32,000 nucleotides of DNA from Flavobacteriaceae bacterium (GTDB taxonomy: Bacteria; Bacteroidota; Bacteroidia; Flavobacteriales; Flavobacteriaceae). Under the pieces are notes generated by a model. It ran no database searches. It saw only the letters and a list, made by a program, of their open reading frames with translations, and was not told where the DNA came from. Each line of letters begins with the position of its first letter. The stretch's first letter is position 1. This document shows, piece by piece, positions 1 through 8,524 of the stretch. The stretch spans positions 2,670,001 to 2,702,000 of the forward strand of contig OZ245049.1 in NCBI GenBank assembly GCA_965224465.1. The letters run 5' to 3'. Both the position numbers and the translations under genes were made by a program.

Positions 1-21
1 AGTAATAAAAGAAAACCTTGG

Positions 22-1488
22 ATGAACTGGATGCTATTCCTATCATCTTTAGTTATTGTATTCTTATTAGGATTACTAGTATCTACAATTACAGAACGCA
101 AAGTAGAGGCTAGATTTGCCTATACTCCGGTAAACAACATTAATAAATTAGAACCAAGAAACGAAGTTTGGGGAGAAAATTTCCCTCGTGAATTTCAATC
201 TTACTACAAAACAGCAGACACAACTTTTAGGTCTAAATACAACGGTAACGCTGTAATAGACATGCTAGAAGTAGATCCTAGACTGGTTGTTTTATGGGCT
301 GGTTATGGTTTTTCTAAAGATTATAATCAAGGACGTGGACATGTGTATGCCATTGACGACATCCGTAACACCTTAAGAACTGGTGGACCAAAAGGCAAAA
401 AGGACGGACCAATGCCTGCTACGTGTTGGACCTGTAAATCTCCAGATGTTCCCCGTTATATCAACGAAAACGGAACCGACAAATACTATAGTGGTAAATG
501 GGCTGGTAAAGGAGAAGAATTCGTAAACCCAATAGGATGTGCGAACTGTCATGATGAAAAAAGCATGAACTTAACCATTACTCAACCTGCATTAATTGAA
601 GCTTTTGAGCGTCAAGGAAAAGACATTACCAAAGCATCTCATAACGACATGCGTTCATTAGTATGTGCACAATGTCACGTAGAATATTACTTTAACAAAC
701 ACCTACCAGGAAAAGAAGGAATTCCTTATCTAGTATTCCCTTGGGATGAAGGACAAACTGTTGAGGACATGGAAAAATACTATGACAATATAGGCCATGT
801 AGACTGGACACATAAAATAAGTAGAGCTCCAATGTTAAAAGCACAACACCCAGGATATGAAACTTTCCAAATGGGGATTCATGGTAAACGTGGTGTTTCT
901 TGTGCAGATTGTCACATGCCTTATAAAACAGAAGGTGGACAGAAATTTACAGATCACCATATCCAATCTCCATTAAACAACGTGGCAAACTCTTGTCAGG
1001 TATGTCACCGTGAAGAAACAAAAGAATTGATTCAGAATGTATATGACAACCAAGATCGCATCATTGGAAATAGAGATCAATTGGAACGCTTGTTAGTTCG
1101 TGCACACGTTGAAGCAGGTAAATGTTGGGATTTAGGTGCTACAGAAGCACAAATGAAAGACATCTTACACGGTATTCGTAGTGGACAATGGCGTTGGGAT
1201 TACGCTGCTGCATCACATGGAGGATCTTTCCATGCTCCAGTAGAATTAGGTCGTGTAATTGGTACAGGTATTGATATAACTCAAGAAACCAGAATCAAAC
1301 TAGCAAAATTGTTGATGACATTAGGATTCAAAGGGGATGTTCCTTATCCAGATATCTCAACAAAAGAAAAAGCACAGAAATATATTGGATTGCCAATGGA
1401 AAAATTAAGAGCTGAAAAAGCAACATTCTTAAAAGAATTGGCTCCACAATGGGACGCTGCAGCTAAAGAACGCGAAAGTAAGTACTAA
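22..1488 (+). CDS. nrfA: Pentahaem cytochrome c nitrite reductase (ammonia-forming) NrfA
   Basis: 488-aa ORF with an N-terminal hydrophobic anchor. It has the CXXCK motif CWTCK, diagnostic of the NrfA active-site haem, plus four CXXCH motifs (CANCH, CAQCH, CADCH, CQVCH). Confidence 0.93.
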   Translation: MNWMLFLSSLVIVFLLGLLVSTITERKVEARFAYTPVNNINKLEPRNEVWGENFPREFQSYYKTADTTFRSKYNGNAVIDMLEVDPRLVVLWAGYGFSKDYNQGRGHVYAIDDIRNTLRTGGPKGKKDGPMPATCWTCKSPDVPRYINENGTDKYYSGKWAGKGEEFVNPIGCANCHDEKSMNLTITQPALIEAFERQGKDITKASHNDMRSLVCAQCHVEYYFNKHLPGKEGIPYLVFPWDEGQTVEDMEKYYDNIGHVDWTHKISRAPMLKAQHPGYETFQMGIHGKRGVSCADCHMPYKTEGGQKFTDHHIQSPLNNVANSCQVCHREETKELIQNVYDNQDRIIGNRDQLERLLVRAHVEAGKCWDLGATEAQMKDILHGIRSGQWRWDYAAASHGGSFHAPVELGRVIGTGIDITQETRIKLAKLLMTLGFKGDVPYPDISTKEKAQKYIGLPMEKLRAEKATFLKELAPQWDAAAKERESKY

Positions 1489-1506
1489 TTTGTACTAAAA
1501 TTTATA

Positions 1507-1546
1507 AATGGCGAATGTGTTTCACGATGCATTCGCCATTTTTTTA
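1507..1546 (+). terminator. Rho-independent terminator-like hairpin after nrfA
   Basis: Perfect inverted repeat aatggcgaatg (1507-1517) / cattcgccatt (1530-1540), followed by a T-run (to ~1545). Confidence 0.6.
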
Positions 1547-1576
1547 TTCTATTGTTTGCTACTATATTTGCCAACT

Positions 1577-2833
1577 ATGACTCACAAAACAAAACGACCT
1601 CAACATTATCTATGGGATACGCCTTGGGGCTATGCCGAATCTTTTTTAATAACCTTTGGGCTTTTAATCACAGGATTTATAATGGAAGCTAGTTTGGGAA
1701 CACAAACAGCTATTTCTTTAATCTTCCCTTACAACCTAACACTATTAATTGCCTATATATGCCTATTAATTGCCCTCTACAAATGGGCTAGTAATCATCC
1801 CATCGTACGGTGGTTAAGTAAAATACCTGCAAGTATCACTAGCATTGTTTTTGTCACTCTATTAGTGATGATTATGGGGATTATCCCGCAAATACACAGC
1901 GAAAATTACACGATAAACCTCCTAGGACTCAATCACATCACCACCAATTGGGCTTTCTTGTTAATCATCGGATTGTTCCTAACCTGCTTAGGTTTGATTT
2001 CGATCAAACGCATTGCACAATTCAGCATTGCAAACATAGGTTTTATCCTAAATCATGTTGGAATGTTCTTGGCTTTGACCGCAGGGATTTTAGGATCTGG
2101 AGACATACAACGTGCATCAATTGAACTTAAAGAAAACGTAGCCAACTACATGGCAGTTGACCAATCAGACGGCAGTCCCGTAGAATTATCTTTCGCCCTT
2201 TTATTGAAAGATTTCAAACTCGAAGAATACCCTCCTAAACTCGCTTTGATCGATAACGAAAGCGGAGAAATACTACACAATCAAGGAAAAAACTTGTATC
2301 TAATTTCCGAAGGAGAACACTACAGTTACAGCGGTTTCGAAATAGAAGTCCTCCGTTATTTACCGATGTCCTCCCCTTTTGGAAGTAGATACGTACGTGT
2401 AAACGAGCAAGGATCATCTCCCGCTGCCTTATTAAAAGTGACCAATACGCAAACAAACGAATGTATTGAAAATTGGATTTCATGTGGTAGTTTTGCTCAG
2501 CAATACAGGTCTTTAAAAATAAGCGATCAATACTCCTTAGTAATGACGATTCCTGAAGCGAAGAAATTTAGTTCTGAATTGGAAATATTAACCAAAAACG
2601 GAAAACGAATCCCTACCATTATTGAAGTAAACAAAGCACATAACCACGATTTATGGGAAATATATCAATTAGATTATAATAAAGGCATGGGAAAATGGTC
2701 TACCACCAGTGTTATAGAATTGGTAAGAGATCCATGGCTCCCTGTAATTTACACGGGAATATTTATGATGATCTTCGGTGCCTTTTATATGTTTTGGGTA
2801 GGTAATAACATCACTAAAAACGATTCACTATGA
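1577..2833 (+). CDS. ccsB: ResB/CcsB-like cytochrome c biogenesis protein (System II)
   Basis: Several TM helices flank a large soluble loop. The stop overlaps the ccsA start (ATGA at 2830-2833). The ORF-track start at 1508 lies inside the nrfA terminator hairpin, so Met-24 (1577, MTHKTKRPQ...) is preferred. Confidence 0.7.
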   Translation: MTHKTKRPQHYLWDTPWGYAESFLITFGLLITGFIMEASLGTQTAISLIFPYNLTLLIAYICLLIALYKWASNHPIVRWLSKIPASITSIVFVTLLVMIMGIIPQIHSENYTINLLGLNHITTNWAFLLIIGLFLTCLGLISIKRIAQFSIANIGFILNHVGMFLALTAGILGSGDIQRASIELKENVANYMAVDQSDGSPVELSFALLLKDFKLEEYPPKLALIDNESGEILHNQGKNLYLISEGEHYSYSGFEIEVLRYLPMSSPFGSRYVRVNEQGSSPAALLKVTNTQTNECIENWISCGSFAQQYRSLKISDQYSLVMTIPEAKKFSSELEILTKNGKRIPTIIEVNKAHNHDLWEIYQLDYNKGMGKWSTTSVIELVRDPWLPVIYTGIFMMIFGAFYMFWVGNNITKNDSL

Positions 2834-3633
2834 CTTGGATAAATTTTCCTTTATACAGCGGTATTGTTGCCGTATTTTTTCTAATAGGACTCGCTGTTTT
2901 AGGCTATTCTTATAAAAAACCGAGTACTTTTAAAATTGCCACGATTCTATTTGCAATAGGATGGGGAGTTTTAGTGCTTTTTGTAATTCAACTCTGGTTA
3001 GAATTAGAAAGACCTCCGATGCGAACTTTAGGAGAAACCCGTTTGTGGTATGCCTTATTTCTACCAATAATTGGCGGATTAACCTATTTAAGATGGCACT
3101 ATAAATGGTTTCTTGCCTATAGTGTTTTAATGGCACTACTCTTTTTAGGAATCAATTATGCAAACCCAGAAACGTATTCTAAAACACTAATGCCTGCCTT
3201 GCAAAGCCCTTGGTTTGTCCCTCATGTATTGGTCTATTTATTATCCTACGCAGTATTGGCAGCCTCCAGTATTGTTGCCATTAAAGGTTGGGTAGATCAT
3301 TACAAAAACAAATCAAATACAAGCACGCTAGCGCTCGCAGACAACTTAGTGTACATTGGCTTCGCTTTTTTAACCTTAGGGCTCTTATTTGGCGCTTTGT
3401 GGGCAAAAGAAGCCTGGGGACATTATTGGACTTGGGATCCAAAAGAAATCTGGGCATTTTTAACCTGGATGGGCTATTTAATTTATATCCATTACCGCCA
3501 TTTTCATCCACAAAAGAACAAACAAGCATTGACTATTCTTGCCTTGGCATTTGTCGTATTATTGGTGTGTTGGTTTGGGGTAAATTATTTACCTGTTGCA
3601 AAAACAAGTGTACATACATATACACAATATTAA
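2830..3633 (+). CDS. ccsA: Cytochrome c assembly protein CcsA (haem-handling WWD protein)
   Basis: Polytopic membrane protein carrying the Trp-rich WWD-type motif WAKEAWGHYWTWDPKEIWAF. It is translationally coupled to ccsB. Confidence 0.85.
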   Translation: MTWINFPLYSGIVAVFFLIGLAVLGYSYKKPSTFKIATILFAIGWGVLVLFVIQLWLELERPPMRTLGETRLWYALFLPIIGGLTYLRWHYKWFLAYSVLMALLFLGINYANPETYSKTLMPALQSPWFVPHVLVYLLSYAVLAASSIVAIKGWVDHYKNKSNTSTLALADNLVYIGFAFLTLGLLFGALWAKEAWGHYWTWDPKEIWAFLTWMGYLIYIHYRHFHPQKNKQALTILALAFVVLLVCWFGVNYLPVAKTSVHTYTQY

Positions 3634-3643
3634 ATACATAAAA

Positions 3644-3677
3644 AACACTTGAGGAACTCCCTTAAGTGTTTTTTTTA
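3644..3677. terminator. Bidirectional terminator between convergent ccsA and oxyR
   Basis: Stem aacacttgagg (3644-3654) / ccttaagtgtt (3660-3670), 10 of 11 pairs. An A-run lies 5' and a T-run 3' (to 3677). Confidence 0.65.
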
Positions 3678-3703
3678 TTAAATTCCTAAACACATACGGA
3701 AAC

Positions 3704-4627
3704 CTATAATTTTATAGCAAATTTCTTCAATCGACTGTCAATCATCTCTTCAGGGACAATCATTTTGATCGTATCAGACACTGCATTGATAAGCCGCTCC
3801 TTTATAAAATCTTTTTTAATTACAATAGAAACTTCTCTGATAGCAGGAGGATTCCGAATCTCTCTAACCTTTTTTCGTTGAGCATCACTTAACAAAGCCA
3901 AATGCAATTCTGGAATCACCGAATAGCCACCATTCCGATCTACAATTCGAATTAAAGTCTCAATACTACCCGCCTCAAAAGTTTGGTTATAAACCACCGT
4001 CCCTTTACAAAAATTAAACGTTTGATCCCGTAAACAATGCCCTTCTTCTAACACCCATAAATTATCCTTTGGCATATTATCCGCAGACAAATGGTTTGTA
4101 TCAAACAGTGATGTATCTGAAAAATAAGCTACAAATTTTTCATAATATATAGGGATTTCAAAGAAATCAGTTTGTGACAAGGGTGTTGCAGCAATAAACA
4201 TATCAATCTCATCATCCCTCAATGCTTTTATCAAACTAGCCGTATTCATTTCGGTAACTATCAAGGTAATTTGAGGATGTTTCTTTCTAAATTGATAAAT
4301 AAATTCTGGAACAATATACGAAGCTAAGGTAGGAATAACCCCCACATGCACTTCTCCAGATAAGAACGTTGTTTCTGAAATCACCAATTCACCTATCTTT
4401 TTCATCTCTTTCAAGGTAATCTTTGCCTGTTTGATTAATCGCACCCCCATTTTTGTAGGTTCTATCGGATGTTTTGAGCGATCAAAAATAGGAATCCCTA
4501 ACTCTGATTCCATTTTTTTTATCATCAAACTCAATGTAGGCTGTGAAACTCCACATTTCTGCGAGGCGCGAACAAAATGGCGGTATTTGTCCAAAGCTAC
4601 CACGTATTCCAATTGTTGTAAGGTCAT
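3704..4627 (-). CDS. oxyR: LysR-family peroxide-sensing regulator OxyR
   Basis: N-terminal LysR wHTH (MTLQQLEYVVALDKYRHFVRASQKCGVSQPTLS). The motif EEGHCLRDQTFNFC has two Cys 9 residues apart, as in E. coli OxyR C199/C208. The gene is divergent from ahpC. Confidence 0.82.
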   Translation of the reverse strand: MTLQQLEYVVALDKYRHFVRASQKCGVSQPTLSLMIKKMESELGIPIFDRSKHPIEPTKMGVRLIKQAKITLKEMKKIGELVISETTFLSGEVHVGVIPTLASYIVPEFIYQFRKKHPQITLIVTEMNTASLIKALRDDEIDMFIAATPLSQTDFFEIPIYYEKFVAYFSDTSLFDTNHLSADNMPKDNLWVLEEGHCLRDQTFNFCKGTVVYNQTFEAGSIETLIRIVDRNGGYSVIPELHLALLSDAQRKKVREIRNPPAIREVSIVIKKDFIKERLINAVSDTIKMIVPEEMIDSRLKKFAIKL

Positions 4628-4630
4628 GAT

Positions 4631-4684
4631 ATAGATTTTATAAATACAAATATAGATCTTATCTGTTTGATAAATACATATAAA
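4631..4684. promoter_or_regulatory. Candidate OxyR operator in the oxyR-ahpC divergent intergenic region
   Basis: ATAGAT occurs at 4631 and 4652 (21-bp spacing, two helical turns). ATAAATACA occurs at 4640 and 4670 (30-bp spacing). This is an AT-rich phased repeat pattern of the kind LysR/OxyR tetramers bind. Confidence 0.3.
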
Positions 4685-4736
4685 GGGCTTTACTTTGCAT
4701 CGTAGTAATAAAATAACTCATTAAAATTAAAAGAAT

Positions 4737-5300
4737 ATGTCACAAATAGGAAAACAAATTACAGATTTTAAAGCACAAGCGTTCGTAGCGAACAATTTTA
4801 AAACAATTACAAAAGAAGATGTTCTTGGAAAATGGTCCGTATTTTTCTTTTACCCAGCAGATTTCACCTTTGTATGCCCAACAGAATTAGAAGACTTAGC
4901 AAACAAGTATGCAGAATTCAAAAAAGTAGGTTGCGAAATTTATTCTGTTTCAACAGATACACATTTTGTACACAAGGCTTGGCATGACACTTCTGATACC
5001 ATTAAAAAAATTGAATATCCAATGTTAGCCGATCCAACAGGAGTTTTAGCTAGAGGATTTGATGTAATGATAGAAGAAGTAGGACTTGCAGAAAGAGGAA
5101 CATTTATTGTAAATCCAGCAGGTGAAATTGTTTCTTACGAAGTAATTGCAGGAAACGTAGGTAGAAATGCAGACGAATTATTCAGAAAGTTACAAGCCTT
5201 ACAATTTGTTGAAAAAAATCCTTCAGAAGTATGTCCTGCAAAATGGAAAGAAGGAAACGAAACCTTAAAACCAAGCATCGATTTAGTTGGGAAGATTTAA
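4737..5300 (+). CDS. ahpC: Alkyl hydroperoxide reductase subunit C (typical 2-Cys peroxiredoxin)
   Basis: Peroxidatic Cys motif DFTFVCPTEL and resolving Cys motif EVCPAKW. 187 aa. Confidence 0.95.
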   Translation: MSQIGKQITDFKAQAFVANNFKTITKEDVLGKWSVFFFYPADFTFVCPTELEDLANKYAEFKKVGCEIYSVSTDTHFVHKAWHDTSDTIKKIEYPMLADPTGVLARGFDVMIEEVGLAERGTFIVNPAGEIVSYEVIAGNVGRNADELFRKLQALQFVEKNPSEVCPAKWKEGNETLKPSIDLVGKI

Positions 5301-5319
5301 GTCTTGATTAAGGGGGGTA

Positions 5320-5480
5320 ATACCAAACACATTTCCAAGTGACGGTTTAAAAATGGAATTACATTTTTGTTTTAGATAGGCGAAAGATTTAAGGACGGCC
5401 TTGCTATCGTTCTCTTTTTCAACAACGCTAGAACGTAAAACAAACTATTTATAGCTGTTATTTTGGATTGTATTTGGCAT
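5320..5480 (-). repeat. MITE-like intergenic repeat, copy A (full length, inverted orientation)
   Basis: The reverse complement reads atgccaaatacaatccaaaataacagctataaatagtttgttttacgttctagcgttgttgaaaaagagaacgatagc...ccgtcacttggaaatgtgtttggtat. It shares the core and both termini with copies at 8411, 18601, 19811, 27335, 27446 and 31531. Confidence 0.8.
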
Positions 5481-5577
5481 AGGACCCAAGGCTGGTTACG
5501 AAAAAGAAAAGAAACATTAGGAAGCATACCTCCAACCCTTGGGCAGAGGTTGTTAAATTATTGACCCAAATTTAAAA

Positions 5578-5609
5578 GGAGGGAAAAAACACGTTCCCTC
5601 CTTTTTTTT
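5578..5609 (+). terminator. Hairpin plus T-run between ahpC and ahpF (possible attenuating terminator)
   Basis: ggagggaa (5578-5585) / ttccctcc (5594-5601), followed by T8 (5602-5609). It sits 15 bp before the ahpF start. Confidence 0.55.
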
Positions 5610-5623
5610 AACACCCATAAATT

Positions 5624-7192
5624 ATGTTAGATGCACAATTAAAATCGCAAGTGACAACGGTATTTAAAGACCTTAAACAGGACTATACCTTTCACATAAA
5701 CATTGCCACTTCTCATACAAAAAGAGAGGAATTAATAAATTTCTTAAAAGAAGTAGCCTCCTGTTCGGACAAAATTAATTATGAAATAAATTCAGGCGAA
5801 GGATTCTCTTTCTATATAGCAAAAGGAGCTGAAAAAAAGTCAAACATTATATTTAAAACAGTACCAACCGGTCATGAGTTTACCACATTACTTTTGGCAA
5901 TTCTCAACATGGATGGGATCGGGAAAAATTTACCTGACGCTATAATCATCCAACGCATTCAAGCACTGAAAGGAAAAATCACTATAAAAAGTTATATTTC
6001 ACTCAGCTGCACCAATTGCCCCGATGTAGTACAAACACTTAATCTACTAGCAATATACAACCCCAATATCACCCATGAAATCATAGATGGTGCCATCCAC
6101 CAAGAAGAAGTTGACAGCTTAAACATACAGGCAGTTCCATCTGTCTATGCCAACGGTGAATTACTACATGTAGGTCGTTCATCCCTAGGAGAACTCTTAG
6201 ACAAATTAGAAAAACAAGTAGGAAGTAATCACAACACAAGCACAGCATCCGCAACAAAGAAAGAATACGACATAATAGTTGTTGGAGGTGGTCCTGCAGG
6301 AGTGTCCTCTGCAGTTTATTCTGCGAGAAAAGGATTTTCCGTAGCAATTATAGCAGAGCAAATAGGTGGTCAGGTAACAGAAACCGTCGCTATTGAAAAC
6401 ATGATTTCGATTCCTAAAACAACAGGAAGCGAACTCGCTAGTAACTTAAAACTTCACTTAAACGATTATCCAATTACAATCTTAGAGAACAGGACTGTAG
6501 ATAAATTTGAAGTTACAGATGGAATCAAAACCATTTACACTTCCCTAGGAGAAGTATTGACAAGTCCTGCTGTAATTATAGCTACAGGAGCAAGCTGGAG
6601 AAAACTCAATGTCCCTGGAGAAAGTGATTATATCGGATCTGGAGTTGCTTTTTGTACACATTGTGACGGTCCATTTTACAAGGACAAAACAGTGGTTGTT
6701 GTAGGAGGCGGAAATTCTGGTTTGGAAGCAGCCATAGACCTATCATCGATAGCTACTAAAGTAACTGTTCTAGAATACATGGATGAAGTGAAAGGAGATG
6801 AAGTATTACAGAAAAAATTAAAAACCTTGAGTAATGTTACCGTAATTACCTCAGCTGAAACACTACAAGTAATTGGAGACGGAAATAAAGTTACTGGAGT
6901 TCAGTTCAAGCACAGAAAATCTGGTGAACTAGAAGAGCTCATTACCGACGGAATATTTGTTCAAATCGGACTCACAGCAAACAGCCAGGTATTTAAAGAA
7001 ATTGTTGAAACCAACAGGATAGGTGAAATTGAAATTGATGTACACTGCAGGACAAAAACACCAGGCATCTATGCCGCTGGAGATGTTTCCATAGTCCCTT
7101 ATAAGCAAATTATAATCGCGATGGGGGAAGGTTCAAAAGCAGCGCTTTCTGCTTTTGAAGATAAAATAAAAGAAGTTCAATTGTGTTCATAA
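5624..7192 (+). CDS. ahpF: Alkyl hydroperoxide reductase subunit F
   Basis: 522 aa. The N-terminal thioredoxin-like domain has CTNC. The FAD motif is VVGGGPAG and the redox-active site is CTHCDGPF. A second dinucleotide fold is VVGGGNSG. Confidence 0.93.
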   Translation: MLDAQLKSQVTTVFKDLKQDYTFHINIATSHTKREELINFLKEVASCSDKINYEINSGEGFSFYIAKGAEKKSNIIFKTVPTGHEFTTLLLAILNMDGIGKNLPDAIIIQRIQALKGKITIKSYISLSCTNCPDVVQTLNLLAIYNPNITHEIIDGAIHQEEVDSLNIQAVPSVYANGELLHVGRSSLGELLDKLEKQVGSNHNTSTASATKKEYDIIVVGGGPAGVSSAVYSARKGFSVAIIAEQIGGQVTETVAIENMISIPKTTGSELASNLKLHLNDYPITILENRTVDKFEVTDGIKTIYTSLGEVLTSPAVIIATGASWRKLNVPGESDYIGSGVAFCTHCDGPFYKDKTVVVVGGGNSGLEAAIDLSSIATKVTVLEYMDEVKGDEVLQKKLKTLSNVTVITSAETLQVIGDGNKVTGVQFKHRKSGELEELITDGIFVQIGLTANSQVFKEIVETNRIGEIEIDVHCRTKTPGIYAAGDVSIVPYKQIIIAMGEGSKAALSAFEDKIKEVQLCS

Positions 7193-7198
7193 TAAATC

Positions 7199-7234
7199 GC
7201 TACACTCATTTAAAATGAAGTGTAGCTTTTTTTT
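7199..7234 (+). terminator. Rho-independent terminator after ahpF
   Basis: gctacact (7199-7206) / agtgtagc (7219-7226), followed by T8. Confidence 0.65.
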
Positions 7235-7544
7235 AGCCTCATTTTATGATAGGATGATACTAAAAACCTCTATTTTTGTTAGGTGATTGATGGAGTCACG
7301 TATCCTAAGCAACTTAGCACAACACTCTTTTCCTCCTTTAAAACAAAAGGAAAAAGCAGCACCTCAATGTCTACAAGCTGTATAAGCGCTCCAAAATCAC
7401 AGTAAAAACCAAAAACAATCCCAAAGATTCTAAGCACATAGTCCTTTGGAAATACATTGGTACAGCAGCAAAAAATGTTCTATTTTAAAACGATCGATTG
7501 CAAAATAGGACGCTATAACAAGACTTAGACAGCCATTAAAAAAT

Positions 7545-8444
7545 ATGAGTTCAACAAAAAAACAAACCATCTCCTTAGTCCTTGGAAGTGGAGGCGCGAG
7601 AGGAATGGCACATGTAGGAGTTATCCGATGGCTAGAAGCCCATAATTTTGAAATTAAAGCCATTTCAGGTTGTTCTATTGGAGCGGCTATTGGAGGCGCC
7701 TATGCGATGGGGAATTTGGACCAATTTGTAGATTGGCTAGACAAATACAAACGAAGCGATATGTATTATATGATCGATTTTATGTTTGGAAAAGGAGGTT
7801 TTGTAAAAGGCGATAAAGTAATGGAAAGGATCAAAACACAAATAGGTACAGATTTGATAGAAAACCTTCCGATCAAATTTACGGCAGTCGCTGCAGACAT
7901 ATATAATGAAGAGGAAGTTTGGTTGTCTAAAGGCCCTTTATGTGAAGCTATTAGAGCCTCCATTTCATTGCCCTTATTTTTTACGCCTTACGAATTGAAT
8001 GGCATCAAACTATTGGATGGAGGCATTTTAAACCCTACACCTATAGAACCAACCTTAACCGATGGAACGGACCTTACAATTGTGGTAAATTTGGGAGGTG
8101 CTCCTGAAGTGAAAATACCCAAAAAAATTGCACAAAAAGACCCTTGGCAGCGCACCTTAGATGTCTATATCAATAAGATGAAAAAATACCGCAACAAAAC
8201 ATCTAACGAATGGAGCATGATGTACATTGCAGATCAGTCTTTTAATGCCATGCAAAATACCATCGCGCAGCAAAAAATGAAAATGTACCCACCAGACTAT
8301 GTCATCAATATCCCTAGAAACAAATGCAATACCTTGGAATTTGAAAAATCTGCAGAAATGATTGCTTATGGCTATGAAATGGCAGAGAAAATAGTAGGTA
8401 AACATAGTGTACCAATTACCATCCAAAGGGATCTCAATAAGTAG
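7545..8444 (+). CDS. Patatin-like phospholipase (RssA/NTE-like)
   Basis: Oxyanion motif GSGGARG, nucleophile elbow GCSIGA (GXSXG) and the catalytic Asp motif LLDGG. The last 11 codons and the stop lie inside repeat copy B. Confidence 0.85.
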   Translation: MSSTKKQTISLVLGSGGARGMAHVGVIRWLEAHNFEIKAISGCSIGAAIGGAYAMGNLDQFVDWLDKYKRSDMYYMIDFMFGKGGFVKGDKVMERIKTQIGTDLIENLPIKFTAVAADIYNEEEVWLSKGPLCEAIRASISLPLFFTPYELNGIKLLDGGILNPTPIEPTLTDGTDLTIVVNLGGAPEVKIPKKIAQKDPWQRTLDVYINKMKKYRNKTSNEWSMMYIADQSFNAMQNTIAQQKMKMYPPDYVINIPRNKCNTLEFEKSAEMIAYGYEMAEKIVGKHSVPITIQRDLNK

Positions 8445-8524
8445 TTTATTTTACGTTCTAGCGTTGTTAAAAAACAGAAAATAATTCCATTTCTTAACCG
8501 TCACTTAGAAGTTGTATTTGGTAT
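8411..8524 (+). repeat. MITE-like intergenic repeat, copy B (internally deleted)
   Basis: accaattaccatccaaagggatctcaataagtagtttattttacgttctagcgttgttaaaaaacag...ccgtcacttagaagttgtatttggtat. It lacks the gatagc/gctatc hairpin module. Confidence 0.75.

Noticed and set aside
1508-1576. Longest-ORF start of the ccsB-like gene (MANVFHDAFAIFLFYCLLLYLPT...)
   Set aside because: These codons coincide with the perfect hairpin plus T-run that looks like the nrfA terminator. Met at 1577, followed by a basic stretch and a TM helix, is a more plausible start.
2235-2483. 82-aa antisense ORF inside ccsB. Similar nested ORFs occur at 2930-3136, 3281-3529, 3288-3641, 4431-4634, 6081-6347, 7766-7963 and 8157-8426.
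   Set aside because: All lie wholly within longer ORFs that carry clear family motifs. Their low-complexity or Leu/Arg-rich translations are typical of off-frame or antisense reading in AT-rich DNA.
7545-8444. Patatin-like lipase considered as a CBASS/defence effector (CapV-like)
   Set aside because: No cyclase, E1/E2, HORMA or other defence partner is adjacent. The neighbours are ahpF and an M16 peptidase. It looks like a stand-alone housekeeping RssA-type lipase.
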